DNA from: Leptolyngbyaceae cyanobacterium
GTDB lineage: Bacteria; Cyanobacteriota; Cyanobacteriia; Phormidesmidales; Phormidesmidaceae
Assembly (NCBI GenBank): GCA_965263355.1
Contig: CBDHHL010000056.1
Location: forward strand, 1,984,001 to 2,048,000
Length of the DNA: 64,000 bases
Direction: 5' to 3'
This document shows positions 40,977-52,316 of the stretch, in pieces. Each line of letters opens with the position of its first letter. The first letter of the stretch is position 1. A model generated the notes under the pieces. The model was not told the DNA's origin, did no database searches, and worked only from the letters and a program-made list of their open reading frames with translations. Both the position numbers and the translations under genes were made by a program.

Positions 40977-41795
40977 GTGGCGATTCCTCTGCTGAACTAT
41001 TCACCGGTTACCCAAAATTCTCGGGTTGAGGGCTATGAAATTCCTGGGGATGATCAGCCTAAGATTTATTCGACTCAGAATATTCTTTCTTCGACTGATA
41101 TCGACGATCTGATTGAAGCAGCCTATCGTCAGATCTTTTTCCATGCATTTAAAGCTGACCGTGAGAAATTCCTAGAGTCTCAGTTACGCAGTAATCAGAT
41201 TACCGTACGTGACTTTGTTCGTGGTTTACTCCTATCCAATACCTATCGCCGTGCCTTTTACGGCATGAACAGCAACTACCGTTATGTAGAACAAACGGTT
41301 CAGCGAGCGTTAGGTCGTGACGTTTTTGGCAAGGAAGAAACTATAGCTTGGTCTATTATTGTAGCGACCAAGGGCGATGAAGGCTTTGTGGATGCAGTTC
41401 TCAACAGCGACGAGTACCTAGATAACTTTGGCGATGATATTTTGCCTTATCAGCGCCGTCGTGTTCTACCCACTCGTAGTGCAGGTGAACTACCATTTAA
41501 CATCAAGTCACCTCGTTACGATGACTACTATCGTTCTATCTTAGGCTTCCCCAAGCCTGTCTTCCAGAGCAGCCTTCGTCGCTTTACTCCGCAGGAGCAG
41601 ACGCCAAAGGCTGGCAATCCTTCTTTATACGTGGATATGGCGCGCGGGATAAGTGCCAGTCAGCCTTTACCTGCTCAGCGAGTATCGGCTGTTACTGTTA
41701 ACTTTACATCTGGTGTTCCTTACCGCAAGGTAGGTTTTCCCATTAATGGTTCCGTGGCAGCAGCAGCTATAGAGAAGCTTAAGCAAGGTGCTTAA
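40977..41795 (+). CDS. cpcG: Phycobilisome rod-core linker polypeptide
   Basis: (M)[38 protein letters not shown]-like segment. GTG 40977 with GGAG upstream. Confidence 0.93.
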   Translation: MAIPLLNYSPVTQNSRVEGYEIPGDDQPKIYSTQNILSSTDIDDLIEAAYRQIFFHAFKADREKFLESQLRSNQITVRDFVRGLLLSNTYRRAFYGMNSNYRYVEQTVQRALGRDVFGKEETIAWSIIVATKGDEGFVDAVLNSDEYLDNFGDDILPYQRRRVLPTRSAGELPFNIKSPRYDDYYRSILGFPKPVFQSSLRRFTPQEQTPKAGNPSLYVDMARGISASQPLPAQRVSAVTVNFTSGVPYRKVGFPINGSVAAAAIEKLKQGA

Positions 41796-41839
41796 GTTAA
41801 GCTCTGGAGTTTTCTGAAATATCCGAATTTCAGTTATAC

Positions 41840-41888
41840 AAAAAGCTATGGGGGTTATGCCGATGAGGTGTATCCTCCATAGCTTTTT
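41840..41888. terminator. Bidirectional terminator between cpcG and rluD
   Basis: AAAAAGCTATGGGGG...CCTCCATAGCTTTTT inverted repeat. Confidence 0.7.
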
Positions 41889-41922
41889 ATGGCCTTTATA
41901 GCTCTACAAGTTCATACCACAC

Positions 41923-42867
41923 CTAGCGTTGGCGCAGTCGTTGCAGCAATGTTTCAAATATTGGGGGCAAGGGGGCGATCGCAATCACCCGTTCGCCTGT
42001 AATCGGATGGGTCAGGGTCAATTGCCTAGCATGCAACGCCTGACCTGGCAGTTTGACGCCAACAGAACGCCCTGCCCCATAAGTGATATCCCCCACAATC
42101 GGGTTACCCACCATCGAACTATGCACACGGATTTGGTGGGTACGTCCCGTCTCCAAACGATAGTGTACTAATGTGTAGTTGCCCAAACGCTCCTGAATAC
42201 GCCAGTGAGTAACGGCTCGCCGCCCCCCTTTTTCCACAGGCACCACTGCCATTTTTTTACGGTCTTTGGGATGGCGACCAATGGGGGCATCCATGGTCCC
42301 CCACGTTTGATCCTCAGCCAGCTTAGGTACCCCAAACACTACCCCCAAATAATCCCGTCGGGCCGTTTTTTCTTGGATTTGCCCCTGCAGATGGTGCAGC
42401 ACAGGTTCCGTTTTAGCCACCACCATCGCCCCGGTCGTATCCTTATCTAATCGATGCACAATTCCAGGTCGTTGCACTCCCCCCACACCTGTCAGCTGAT
42501 CACCGCAGTGGGCTAACACTGCATTCACCAGTGTGCCCCTGGGGTGACCTGGGGCCGGATGCACCACCATCCCTGCCGGCTTATTCACCACTAGTAGATA
42601 GTCATCCTCGTACAAAATATCCAGGGGAATCGCCTCAGGAATTAGCTCAAAGACTTCTAAAGCGGGGATTTTTAGCTGTAGCCAATCACCTGAATTAACA
42701 GTGATTTTTTTATTGGTACAGGGCATATCATTAATCTTTAGCGCCCCTTGCTCAATTAGCTTTTGAATCCGATTACGGGATAAATCGCAATGGTGAGACA
42801 GCCATCGATCAATGCGTTCATTGGCGGTATCGGTCACTGATAGCTCAATCACACTGTCATTGTCCAT
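41923..42867 (-). CDS. rluD: RluA/RluD family 23S rRNA pseudouridine synthase
   Basis: S4-like N-terminus; NKPAGMVVHP, GIVHRLDKDTTG and LETGRTHQIRVH. Confidence 0.9.
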   Translation of the reverse strand: MDNDSVIELSVTDTANERIDRWLSHHCDLSRNRIQKLIEQGALKINDMPCTNKKITVNSGDWLQLKIPALEVFELIPEAIPLDILYEDDYLLVVNKPAGMVVHPAPGHPRGTLVNAVLAHCGDQLTGVGGVQRPGIVHRLDKDTTGAMVVAKTEPVLHHLQGQIQEKTARRDYLGVVFGVPKLAEDQTWGTMDAPIGRHPKDRKKMAVVPVEKGGRRAVTHWRIQERLGNYTLVHYRLETGRTHQIRVHSSMVGNPIVGDITYGAGRSVGVKLPGQALHARQLTLTHPITGERVIAIAPLPPIFETLLQRLRQR

Positions 42868-42874
42868 ATATCCA

Positions 42875-43678
42875 TCATGGCTGAACGGCTTCCCAATGGG
42901 GGGAATGCATGGGCGAAGCTTGAGCTAATACTTCATAGAGATTGACAACACGGCCAATAATTGCGATCGCAGGTGCCTGAAACTGCTGCTCCTTCACTTG
43001 CTGAACAATCGTAGCCAATGTACCGATGAGTTCTTCCTGCTCAGGTCGCGTTCCCCATCGCACTAACGCAACGGGTGTCGCCGCTTCCATCCCTGCCGCC
43101 ATTAGTTCCGACACAATGTTTGGCAAATTATGCACCCCCATATAAATCACGATAGTCTCTGAACCATGGGCCAGCGCCGACCAGTTTACCTGAGGACGAT
43201 ATTTACCAGCTGACTCATGCCCTGTGACAAAGGTAACCGATGAACTGTAATGACGGTGAGTCACCGGGATACCTGCATAGGCCGGAGCCGCAATTCCAGC
43301 CGTAATCCCTGGCACCACCTCCACATCAATGCCAGCATCCAATAGCCCCATCATCTCTTCACCACCACGGCCAAAGACAAATGGATCACCGCCTTTAAGT
43401 CTGACCACAACCGCATTGTCCTTAGCTTGGTCAATCAAAAGCTGAGTAATTTCATCCTGAACCATAGAATGACGACCGCGACGCTTGCCCGCATCAATCA
43501 CTTGGGAATGTCTACCAATCATTGCCAAAATCGGTGGACTGACCAGAGCATCATGAATAACCACGTCCGCATGCTCTAAAAGCCCTTTAGCCTTTAAGGT
43601 TAATAACCCTGGATCACCTGGACCAGCGCCCACTAAATAAACTTTGCCAAATGTAGCCTGAGTAAGCGAATGGGACAT
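42875..43678 (-). CDS. cobA: Uroporphyrinogen-III C-methyltransferase
   Basis: VYLVGAGPGDPGLLT, RLKGGDPFVFGRGGEE and VVPGITA. Confidence 0.95.
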   Translation of the reverse strand: MSHSLTQATFGKVYLVGAGPGDPGLLTLKAKGLLEHADVVIHDALVSPPILAMIGRHSQVIDAGKRRGRHSMVQDEITQLLIDQAKDNAVVVRLKGGDPFVFGRGGEEMMGLLDAGIDVEVVPGITAGIAAPAYAGIPVTHRHYSSSVTFVTGHESAGKYRPQVNWSALAHGSETIVIYMGVHNLPNIVSELMAAGMEAATPVALVRWGTRPEQEELIGTLATIVQQVKEQQFQAPAIAIIGRVVNLYEVLAQASPMHSPHWEAVQP

Positions 43679-43824
43679 GTCAGCTGTAAGGGGATGGAAT
43701 ACGGTTTATTTTGACTAAGCTACCCCAGTGCTTATTGCCAAACTTGATACAGCATCGGGCTGCATCAATTCATCAATACTTAAGATATCCTTAACCTTAA
43801 GCTATAACCGTCCCTTCTCCCGAC

Positions 43825-44763
43825 CTAAAACATAGACTCTTCAGGACAAGCATCATAGTGAGATATGCTATGGCCCAAAGTAGTCACGACCAAATTCGCT
43901 AAATCTCCCGTTGCTCCCAAAGGTGGCAATAATCGAAAATTCGTTCTCGGGAAACGTTCAGCCAATTCTTCAGTCAAATGGGCAATCCCATCCGTAATCC
44001 CACCCGAAAATAAAAAATAAGGGAAAATCGTCAATGTTGAACACCCTTGTTGCATTAGATAAATCGTCTGGTTTTCGATATCAGACTCGTTTGTCCAATA
44101 AGCAACCGCTGTCCCTAAAGACTTTGCCAGATTATCCACACCTCGGTTACCTCTAGCTCGGCGGCTGCCGTGGGCAACAATCAAACGTCCCGACTCAGGG
44201 GAATGGAAAAATCGATTTGCCATCAGATTAGGCATGCCTTGGGCACCCCCAATATGCTCGCCTATCTCTAATTCGATCAAACCATCTAACTCCTCTCGGG
44301 CCATTTCCACCTGCTCAGGAATGTCCTGCATCACATGCTTACCCCTCAGCAAAAAGAGTGGCACTAAGTGTAACCGCTCGATTCCCGCTGAATGCAGCCG
44401 TCGACCAAATTCATAAATTTGCTGATTTAGAGGCAAGAGCCCAAAATCTAATACCGCCGTACCTACAATAAACCGGTCCTGAGGTAAACGCATCGGAGCC
44501 GTCAACGTTTTAGTCACCCTAGGAATAGCAGTCACCACTGATCCTAGGGTTCGTTTGGGCAAATTATTTTGCCCCTCAAACACCGCCGTCGTAGATAAAA
44601 AGCGTTCAGTTATCAGTGGTTCAAACCCATGAGCACTACTCCATGGGTTCACCAAAGCTGGATTAAGTCGCTCCCTAATTAACTGAGCTAGTCGATTGAT
44701 CGCTACCTGATGGCGTGGGTCACGACTACCGTGGGAAATTAAAAGATAGGCTGTAGATGTCAC
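43825..44763 (-). CDS. cbiX: Sirohydrochlorin chelatase (CbiX/SirB family)
   Basis: Two CbiX repeats: LLISHGSRDP...VPLFLLRGKH and IVAHGSRR...PYFLFSGGI. Adjacent to cobA. Confidence 0.85.
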   Translation of the reverse strand: MTSTAYLLISHGSRDPRHQVAINRLAQLIRERLNPALVNPWSSAHGFEPLITERFLSTTAVFEGQNNLPKRTLGSVVTAIPRVTKTLTAPMRLPQDRFIVGTAVLDFGLLPLNQQIYEFGRRLHSAGIERLHLVPLFLLRGKHVMQDIPEQVEMAREELDGLIELEIGEHIGGAQGMPNLMANRFFHSPESGRLIVAHGSRRARGNRGVDNLAKSLGTAVAYWTNESDIENQTIYLMQQGCSTLTIFPYFLFSGGITDGIAHLTEELAERFPRTNFRLLPPLGATGDLANLVVTTLGHSISHYDACPEESMF

Positions 44764-45286
44764 GAGAAGCTTTAAATAAAACTGTCAGGATTAAATGAAA
44801 CCGGTCAAAGGCCGGGGCGATGCCCAAGTTTGTGTCAAAGAGCAAAAATGAGCAAACGTTAAAACCGTTTAAGCGTATCAATCTACCAATAAACCGACCC
44901 CTTAGTCGTCAGCCCACTAGTGGAACAGCTCAACGTCAAGGAACTACCAATATTCCTCTGAGATAAACGGTTTTGAAACTCCACACACTTTAAGTCCACA
45001 CATTCTTCGTCACGTTGCCGGAATAACGCCTCTAGGCAACATCAAGGTTTTTAATTTACAAACGAACTGCTACAGATATGACTCATCCTGATAGTTTTCA
45101 CGGATTCTGACCATAATTCTGTTGTAATTAATGCCATTTTCATCATTCCCTCGTTTTTTATTAACGAAGTTCGAGGCCGTGCTTAGTAAACCCATCCCCG
45201 TTAATGGTTAACCTTTGAGCAGCAGAAATATTCGAAAAAACCATGTAATCCATTAACAGGGATGATATTATAGAATTCCAAAACAC

Positions 45287-45360
45287 GGCGAGCGTAGCCA
45301 AGTGGTTAAGGCAGTGGATTGTGGTTCCACCATTCGGGGGTTCGAGTCCCCTCGTTCGCC
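45287..45360 (+). tRNA. trnH: tRNA-His (GTG)
   Basis: G(-1)GCGAGCG acceptor pairing with CGTTCGC+C; D-arm AGCCAAGTGGTTAAGGC; anticodon stem-loop GTGGA-TTGTGGT-TCCAC; TTCGAGT T-loop. CCA not encoded. Confidence 0.97.
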
Positions 45361-45362
45361 CT

Positions 45363-45384
45363 ATTTTTAGCAGCAGCTAAAAAT
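45363..45384 (+). terminator. Hairpin directly after tRNA-His
   Basis: ATTTTTAGC-AGCA-GCTAAAAAT. Confidence 0.5.
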
Positions 45385-45687
45385 GTTTAACCTAACTACT
45401 AATCTAAATCTATCGGTTAGCAGCTAAGTTTGATGTGAGGGGTGAAACCTCTCGCCCAGAAAATGGAACTTATCATTACTATAAAGTTGCTCGTAGATTC
45501 TTAAGAGATTCTATTGAGAGAATGGCGAACAATTCTCTTCTCAAAACTTAGCCTTAGCAAAAACCATTACGAGCATAAAGAGGATTCAGGCTAGTTTTTG
45601 TTGCCTAGGCTGACTTTTTGTAGCGCTGCTTCCTCTAATTTGGGGCTTCGTAGACTTTTCGCAACAATCTTACTTTCACCACATAGA

Positions 45688-46031
45688 ATGAAGAGTTCTA
45701 ATTTTAGAGAACCGGACAAATCATCTGATGTCATCCAATTCCAAAATCACAGATTTTAACTACTCGCACAATCGCCGCTAAAGCATTTGAAGACGATCCA
45801 GTCTTACTTATATAAATCTCTGACGATTGAGAATGTCGGCTGCAGTCTTTGACTTGGTTAATAAGTAAAGTGATTGCGTAGTCTACTCAGTACAATCATG
45901 TTTATACAACCCAAGATTTAAAAGGAATTGCCGCCTGGTTACAACCAGGAAAACTCTTTAACAATCCACTTCAGTTATTGAAGATGGCTTGGAATCTTCA
46001 ACTGAATTTAACGGCATTCCCAATGGGTTAA
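45688..46031 (+). pseudogene. Degraded GNAT N-acetyltransferase
   Basis: Stitching frames gives MKSS...DVIQ/SQI...IAAKAFEDDPV/...RLQSLTWLISKVIA*STQYNHVYTTQDLKGIAAWLQPG, with frameshifts and an in-frame TAG. Confidence 0.65.
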
Positions 46032-46865
46032 CAATTTTCTCTCCGCTATCAACAATTTAGCAATGTGATATCAAAAAGACCGGACTGCTCGATTAGATTG
46101 GGGTATTAAATTAATTTCTATAGGAGGTAATCATGACTCTCCACAAGAAAACGGTCTATCTTTCACACTCCAGGATCCATTCTTTTAACATTTATTATGC
46201 ATAACACTCTCACCTGTAAGACCGCCTATGTCACAGGCTCCTGCCCAAAGTCTCTATGAATTAGCGGGCTGCAGCGACCTTACAACGAAGACTTGCGACG
46301 ATGTTGTGAGGTGCGTCTTGGAGCTAGCACAAACAGAAGTAAGACGTAGATCAAGACACTTAAACCTACATAAGTAGAAATACTATCTTGTCCACTATGA
46401 CTCATCACTACAGACGATTTTGATGAAGCTAAAGCAACTTGTGTTTCCATAGCGACTATTAAGCCTCCAGTATTGTTTACAGAAATGTCAAGACATAATC
46501 ATTACTACCGATGGGGCAACCTTAAAATGCACAAATCACATGCCAAACACAACAGACTTCGCCATATCATTTGGCCTCACTTTTGAATGAGCCATTTTTA
46601 AACCTTAAGATAACCAGGAATGGCAGAGTGACTGAAGAATATAGATGAATCTACTCACACCATAAATTATTGATGTGAATGTGATGCTTTTTGCCATATT
46701 GCTTAATATGTTGCATACATATTTTAAATGAAAAGCAAATAAAACTGACATTTCTTGGATGGTTAGGACGATCAGAAAATGTCATTCTCTAAATAACAAA
46801 ACCCATATATATCAGTATATAGAGCAACCTATAATCAGGTGTTTTACTACTCATCACATAATTCT

Positions 46866-46916
46866 ATTAAAAAATCAACCGAGATTTTTCTGATTGATTA
46901 AAAAATCAACCGAGAT
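46866..46916. repeat. 20-bp direct repeat
   Basis: ATTAAAAAATCAACCGAGAT at 46866-46885 and 46897-46916. Confidence 0.85.
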
Positions 46917-47318
46917 GAGATTTTTATGTTGTTAGTGAGTACTTAGTAACCATTTAGTGAGCATTTTATAAATTTATTAACGCCAACCCATGAAACGAGC
47001 GGCTCTGCAAAATCTTCCAAGCAGATTGTTGAATTTTCTGCTGTTTACATTAATTGGTGGGATCTGTTTCACCAATCCCCTGCGCTAGATCCACCAGCAG
47101 TTGTTCTACATCTTGAACAAGCTGAGGGACATTATAGCCAGGGTCTATATCGTATTTTTTGGAATAGATATTTGATGGCCCCATGTATCTTCATAGCTGT
47201 GGCCAGTGATACCTATGCGATGAATATCGCCTAACAGATTCCCCAATATTGGGAAATTGATGTATCCTGGCTGGGACAATTGGTAGCAAGCCTGGATTAG
47301 AAAGCTTTACAGGGTCAC

Positions 47319-48680
47319 ATGGCACAAATTTTTATCTCGGCAGGCCACGGTGGGTTTGAAAATGGGGTCCTCGATTCTGGGGCAAAGGTTGATGGCGTCA
47401 CCGAAGCTCAAGAAATGATTAGCATTCGGGACTTGATCGTTCCGGAGTTGCGATCGCGAGGTTTCAAAGTCCTTTCTGTCCCAGATGACCTTAGCCTACA
47501 GGACAGCATTAGCTGGATCAATGCCCGCAGCCGTAGCGGTGATATCGCCTTAGAGATTCATGTAGGAGCCTTTCAAAATACTGACGTACGAGGGGCCACC
47601 GCCTATTACATTGCCATCAACGAGGCCCGCAAATCCCATGCGGAACTAATGTTACTAGCTCTGCTACGTCGTGTACCGCAGTTGCCAAGCCGAGGGGCCA
47701 AACCCGACACAGCTGCAGGCATGGGACGACTTGCGTTTTGTCGCCTGGTAGCCCCACCTTCAATTTTGATGGAGCTGGGATATCTAAGCAATGAGCGAGA
47801 TCGCAACCTTTTGCTCAGCCGACGTCGAGAATTTGCCCTGGGTTTAGCCGATGGCCTGGCCTCCTGGAGTCGGGCCATTGGCAATGTGCCCCCCACCAGA
47901 CCGTCCGAGGCCCAATTCCCAACCATCAATATCAGCATTAACGGTGGTCCCTATGACGAAAAAGGCATTATCATCAGTCACAATTCCTATGTGCCAATTG
48001 ATCTAGCTGACAGTTTGGGCATTGATTTAGCCAACAACCAAGACATTGTTAAAGTGCGTTACGGCAATGTGGTTTATATCAAAACCGTTGACCTGCGAGA
48101 ATTCAACATTTCCATTGGCTGGGATGCCGCTAGTCGCACGGTCCAATTGAAGACCCAGTCAGCCCTTGGCATGTGCCCTATCAATCATATTATGGGCCCT
48201 GGTCGTACCTATAAAACTGGAACAAGCCTAATGATGTTCCTAAAAAACAACAATGAAAAGGCGCTGCGTGATTTCCCTGACCTACATAAGATGTACCTTG
48301 ATGAAGCAGAAGGGGAAGGGGTCAATTGGGATATCGCATTTTGCCAAATGTGTTTAGAAACCTCCTTTCTACGCTTTGATAGCGCAGTCAAAGCATCGCA
48401 AAACAACTTTGCTAGCCTTGGTGACCAGCTCGGTAGTCCAACCGGGGCATCGTTCCCGAGTGCCCGTCTTGGTGTCAGGGCTCACATCCAACATCTCAAG
48501 GCCTATGGCAGCAAAGAACCCTTAGTTGCCGCCCTGGTGGATCCACGCTTTCGATTAGTTACCCGAGGAAGTGCGACCGAAGTCGAACAATTAAGTGGCC
48601 GTTGGGCCGCTGACCCTTTCTATGGCGAGAAAATCATGGCTATGGTAAGACGGCTTTATGAATCTGCAAAACTACTGTAA
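47319..48680 (+). CDS. N-acetylmuramoyl-L-alanine amidase + glucosaminidase-domain protein (TftA-like)
   Basis: IFISAGHG, ALEIH and LMELGYLSN (Amidase_3); AFCQMCLETS, NNFASLG, HIQHLKAY and LSGRWA (glucosaminidase). Confidence 0.88.
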   Translation: MAQIFISAGHGGFENGVLDSGAKVDGVTEAQEMISIRDLIVPELRSRGFKVLSVPDDLSLQDSISWINARSRSGDIALEIHVGAFQNTDVRGATAYYIAINEARKSHAELMLLALLRRVPQLPSRGAKPDTAAGMGRLAFCRLVAPPSILMELGYLSNERDRNLLLSRRREFALGLADGLASWSRAIGNVPPTRPSEAQFPTINISINGGPYDEKGIIISHNSYVPIDLADSLGIDLANNQDIVKVRYGNVVYIKTVDLREFNISIGWDAASRTVQLKTQSALGMCPINHIMGPGRTYKTGTSLMMFLKNNNEKALRDFPDLHKMYLDEAEGEGVNWDIAFCQMCLETSFLRFDSAVKASQNNFASLGDQLGSPTGASFPSARLGVRAHIQHLKAYGSKEPLVAALVDPRFRLVTRGSATEVEQLSGRWAADPFYGEKIMAMVRRLYESAKLL

Positions 48681-48852
48681 GGGGAAGCGTATCAAGAATG
48701 CGTACATGCCCCCACAAGCTGTTAATATTCATGATTAACGCCCATTGGCAAACTGTCACATACAAACTGGCATATATATCCCTGTAGAGACTATTCTTTT
48801 GGCATCTGCTTAGGTTCTAATGCTGTTCATCATCGATCATCTTAGAACTCGT

Positions 48853-48929
48853 CAATTAAATCTTGTCCACGTCCAGGACGGTCATTTTTCCGTAGAAGAA
48901 CCTACAGGTTTTAGCTTGGACGTGGTTTA
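48853..48929. repeat. Dispersed ~77-bp repeat, copy 1 (MITE-like)
   Basis: CAATTAAATCTTGTCCACGTCCAGGACGGTC...GAAGAACCTACAGGTTT...CTTGGACGTGGTTTA; similar to 57287-57365. Confidence 0.8.
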
Positions 48930-48957
48930 TGTCTTCTGGAACTCCTGACCATCTGCC

Positions 48958-50094
48958 ATGACTCGTAACTCTACTTGGCCTCTCAGATTGCTTACCCTTA
49001 GCCGTCACAGTTGGTGGGGGGCTCTCCTATGGTTGTTGTGGGTTTTACCCGCCCATGCTGTCGAACTGAGAATTGCGATTCGCCAAAGTGCCAATCAGGT
49101 ACAGATTGGCTCCTCTACTACGGGCATTATCCGCAATAGTCGTGGGCAGGCAATTATGCAACTGCCTGAACTCCTCCCCATCAATGTGGATAGAGATGGT
49201 AGCAGTCTGGAACTAACCGATGGCTATGATGAGTTTGGTCAATCTAGTGCCTTTTGGCTAGAGCCCTCTGATGGCGGTGTAGTCTGGATTGGAGACCGCT
49301 GGTATCGGGGGACAGTGCAGCTCATACCCGATAATGGCGGTGTCACTGCGATTAACTATGTCGATATTGACGACTATCTCTACAGCGTTGTCGGTAGTGA
49401 AATGCCAGCAAGTTGGCCCCAGGAGGCATTGCGATCGCAAGCCGTTGCAGCTCGCTCCTATGCCCTTTACAAAAAGGACAAAGCCTATGGTCAGGCTTAT
49501 GATCTCAAAAACAATCAATCTTCTCAGGTTTACAAAGGTTTAGACGGTGAAGCTACCACTACACAAGCTGCTGTAGATGCAACTCAGGGCAAGGTTCTGA
49601 CCTACGATGGCAAAGTCATCGAAGCAGTCTTCCATTCATCGTCTGGTGGCCACACAGAAAATTCTGAACATGTATGGTCTAAGGCAGTACCCTATCTCAA
49701 AGGGGTACCGGACTTTGACCAAAATGCACCGGTTTACAGCTGGCGTGCTCAGTTTTCCCTGGAAGAAGTCGGCCAACGCATTGGCTATCCTGGCACCATT
49801 GAAGCAGTGGAAGTGCTCAGCCGCACTCCCCAGGGCCGCGCCAATCGCATGCTCATCATTGGCAATGAGGGCACACTTACGATTACAGGTAATACGTTCC
49901 GCCAGAAGCTGAGCCTACGCAGCACCAAGTTTGACCTTGCTGTTAGTCCCACAAGCATTTCGGTCGCTGGCAATGGCTTTGGTCACGGTATTGGTATGAG
50001 CCAATGGGGGGCTCGCGGCATGGCCGAGCGTGGCGAAGCGTACACCGATATTCTCACGCATTTTTACAAGGGTATCCGGCTGGGCTCCATGTAA
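48958..50094 (+). CDS. SpoIID/LytB-domain lytic transglycosylase
   Basis: YLYSVVGSEM, EALRSQAVAARSYA, QVYKG, FHSSSGGHT and GFGHGIGMSQWGA. Confidence 0.93.
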   Translation: MTRNSTWPLRLLTLSRHSWWGALLWLLWVLPAHAVELRIAIRQSANQVQIGSSTTGIIRNSRGQAIMQLPELLPINVDRDGSSLELTDGYDEFGQSSAFWLEPSDGGVVWIGDRWYRGTVQLIPDNGGVTAINYVDIDDYLYSVVGSEMPASWPQEALRSQAVAARSYALYKKDKAYGQAYDLKNNQSSQVYKGLDGEATTTQAAVDATQGKVLTYDGKVIEAVFHSSSGGHTENSEHVWSKAVPYLKGVPDFDQNAPVYSWRAQFSLEEVGQRIGYPGTIEAVEVLSRTPQGRANRMLIIGNEGTLTITGNTFRQKLSLRSTKFDLAVSPTSISVAGNGFGHGIGMSQWGARGMAERGEAYTDILTHFYKGIRLGSM

Positions 50095-50165
50095 TGAAAG
50101 AATGTTTTATGAAATAGACGCAATTTAAGCCCCTACTACTCTAATAGCCCCTACTACTCAATGCC

Positions 50166-52013
50166 CTATAGCTTTGTACCACACTCAGAGCAAAACTTAT
50201 GGGTTGCCTTATTATCAGCACCACAGCTATTGCAATGAATCACTTCAATCGGTCGCTTAGTAGCAGGCTCAGCTAAACCAATCATCTGGGAATTGTTTTT
50301 ACCTGGTGGCACCATGGGATAACAGTTTTCATCCCGGCGCACCCACACATCTAACAACACCGGACCATCGTGGGCCAACATTTGATCGATTGCCTGGTTT
50401 AACTGATCAGGAGATTTTACAACCATCCCTTTGACACCAAAGGCGTCAGCTAGCTTCTCAAAATCAGGCATTCCGACTTCCATATTGGAAGACGCATAGC
50501 GCTCACCGTAAAAGCCCTGCTGCCACTGACGCACCATACCCTGCCAGCCATTGTTAATAATGACCGTTTTAACCTTGATATTGTACTGGGCCAGGGTGGC
50601 CAACTCCTGCAGGTTCATCTGAAAACTAGCATCACCGCTAATGCAAATCACCTGATTGTCACCAACTGCCACTTGCACCCCCATAGCCGCTGGCATACCG
50701 TACCCCATGGTGCCAAGGCCTGCACTAGAGATCCACTGACGAGGCCCATTCTGAAGAAACTGAGCTGCCCACATCTGATGCTGCCCCACATCAGTAGTGT
50801 AGTAAGCATGGGGTGCACGACGACCGACTTCAGCAATCACTTGCTGGGGTGAAAGTTGTTCATCATAGGTTGGAATTATGAGCGGATAGTCAGCTTTCCA
50901 CTGATCGATCCGGGCTCGCCAGGCACCTGTTTGCGCTGGATTGGCAGGCTGCTCTAACCGGGCTAGCAAATCTGTGAGTACATGCTTAACATCACCGACA
51001 ATGGGCACATCTGGCAGGCGACATTTTCCTTGCTCAGCCGGATCAATATCAATGTGAATTACTTTGGCATGTTGAGCAAACTCTTTTAAGTTGCTGGCCA
51101 CTCGATCATCAAAGCGCGCCCCGATGGCGACTAACAAATCGCATTCGCTGACGGCAAAGTTAGCATAGGCTGTACCATGCATACCCAGCATACCGACCGA
51201 CAAAGAATGCTGTTCATCAAAGGCCCCCTTACCCATCAATGTGGTGGTCACAGGAGCTTGAAAATGCTCAGCTAACTTAGCAACTTCCCCATGGGCTCCG
51301 GAAATGACGGCACCACCACCAACATATAACAAGGGTTTTTTGGCTGACTTTAGGAGTGCGATCGCATTAGCAATCTGACGTGGATTACCCCGCGTGGTGG
51401 GCTTATACCCTGGAATAGCAATCGAACGAGGTTCGACCGGCACATAGTCAAACTCTTCTAACCCAACATCCTTAGGTACATCAATCAAAACTGGGCCAGG
51501 ACGACCTGATTGCGCAATATAAAACGCCTCAGCCACAATATTTGCCATTTGACGTGGATCGCGCACCACATAAGAATGCTTAACAATCGGCAACGTAATC
51601 CCAAAGATATCTGTCTCTTGAAACGCGTCGCTACCGATAGAACTCCGGGCTACTTGCCCAGTAATCGCTACCATGGGAACCGAGTCCATCTGAGCCGTCG
51701 CAATACCGGTGACTAAATTAGTTGCGCCAGGACCAGACGTAGCAACACAAACACCCACTTGCCCCGTCGCCCGAGCATAGCCATCTGCCGCATGGGAAGC
51801 CGCCTGCTCATGACGTACCAGAATATGCTGAATTTCCCCCCTCTGTTCTGCCTTGTAGAGTTCGTCATAAACTGGCAAAATCGCCCCACCTGGATAGCCA
51901 AACACATGGCGCACACTATGGCGCACAAGACTATCGATTAGAGCAAAAGCACCAGTCGCTCGCTGAATGACTAAGTTTGCTTTAACAGAAGGCTTTACAG
52001 ACGTCGAGGTCAT
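50166..52013 (-). CDS. ilvB: Acetolactate synthase large subunit (with C-terminal zinc ribbon)
   Basis: [32 protein letters not shown] and GDASFQMN...NN. Confidence 0.96.
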   Translation of the reverse strand: MTSTSVKPSVKANLVIQRATGAFALIDSLVRHSVRHVFGYPGGAILPVYDELYKAEQRGEIQHILVRHEQAASHAADGYARATGQVGVCVATSGPGATNLVTGIATAQMDSVPMVAITGQVARSSIGSDAFQETDIFGITLPIVKHSYVVRDPRQMANIVAEAFYIAQSGRPGPVLIDVPKDVGLEEFDYVPVEPRSIAIPGYKPTTRGNPRQIANAIALLKSAKKPLLYVGGGAVISGAHGEVAKLAEHFQAPVTTTLMGKGAFDEQHSLSVGMLGMHGTAYANFAVSECDLLVAIGARFDDRVASNLKEFAQHAKVIHIDIDPAEQGKCRLPDVPIVGDVKHVLTDLLARLEQPANPAQTGAWRARIDQWKADYPLIIPTYDEQLSPQQVIAEVGRRAPHAYYTTDVGQHQMWAAQFLQNGPRQWISSAGLGTMGYGMPAAMGVQVAVGDNQVICISGDASFQMNLQELATLAQYNIKVKTVIINNGWQGMVRQWQQGFYGERYASSNMEVGMPDFEKLADAFGVKGMVVKSPDQLNQAIDQMLAHDGPVLLDVWVRRDENCYPMVPPGKNNSQMIGLAEPATKRPIEVIHCNSCGADNKATHKFCSECGTKL

Positions 52014-52316
52014 AATTTTGAAGGGCGATCAGAAAATGCGTCAGATGGAAAATGCTAGCTAGAAATCACTGCTGGTGGTTGTCTATTTTACAATCATGAT
52101 TCCAAGGCTTAGCTAATTTTCATAAAAAAACGGTTTTCTGACGCACACTAACTATCTAAAAGCAATAAAAGTAGTCATTTTTTTTGTTGCAGCCAATGTT
52201 TATTAGCTATAAACATTGCATCAGAAATACTTTATGCGTTCAAGGTTCCCACTCATTTACTTAGAGTTTCACCCCTGCTTCACTCCAGTCAACACTTGAT
52301 AACAAAGCTCGATAGC

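Noticed and set aside
45361..47318. Intact prophage or integrative element at tRNA-His
   Set aside because: No integrase, phage genes or attR duplication of the tRNA 3' end were seen.
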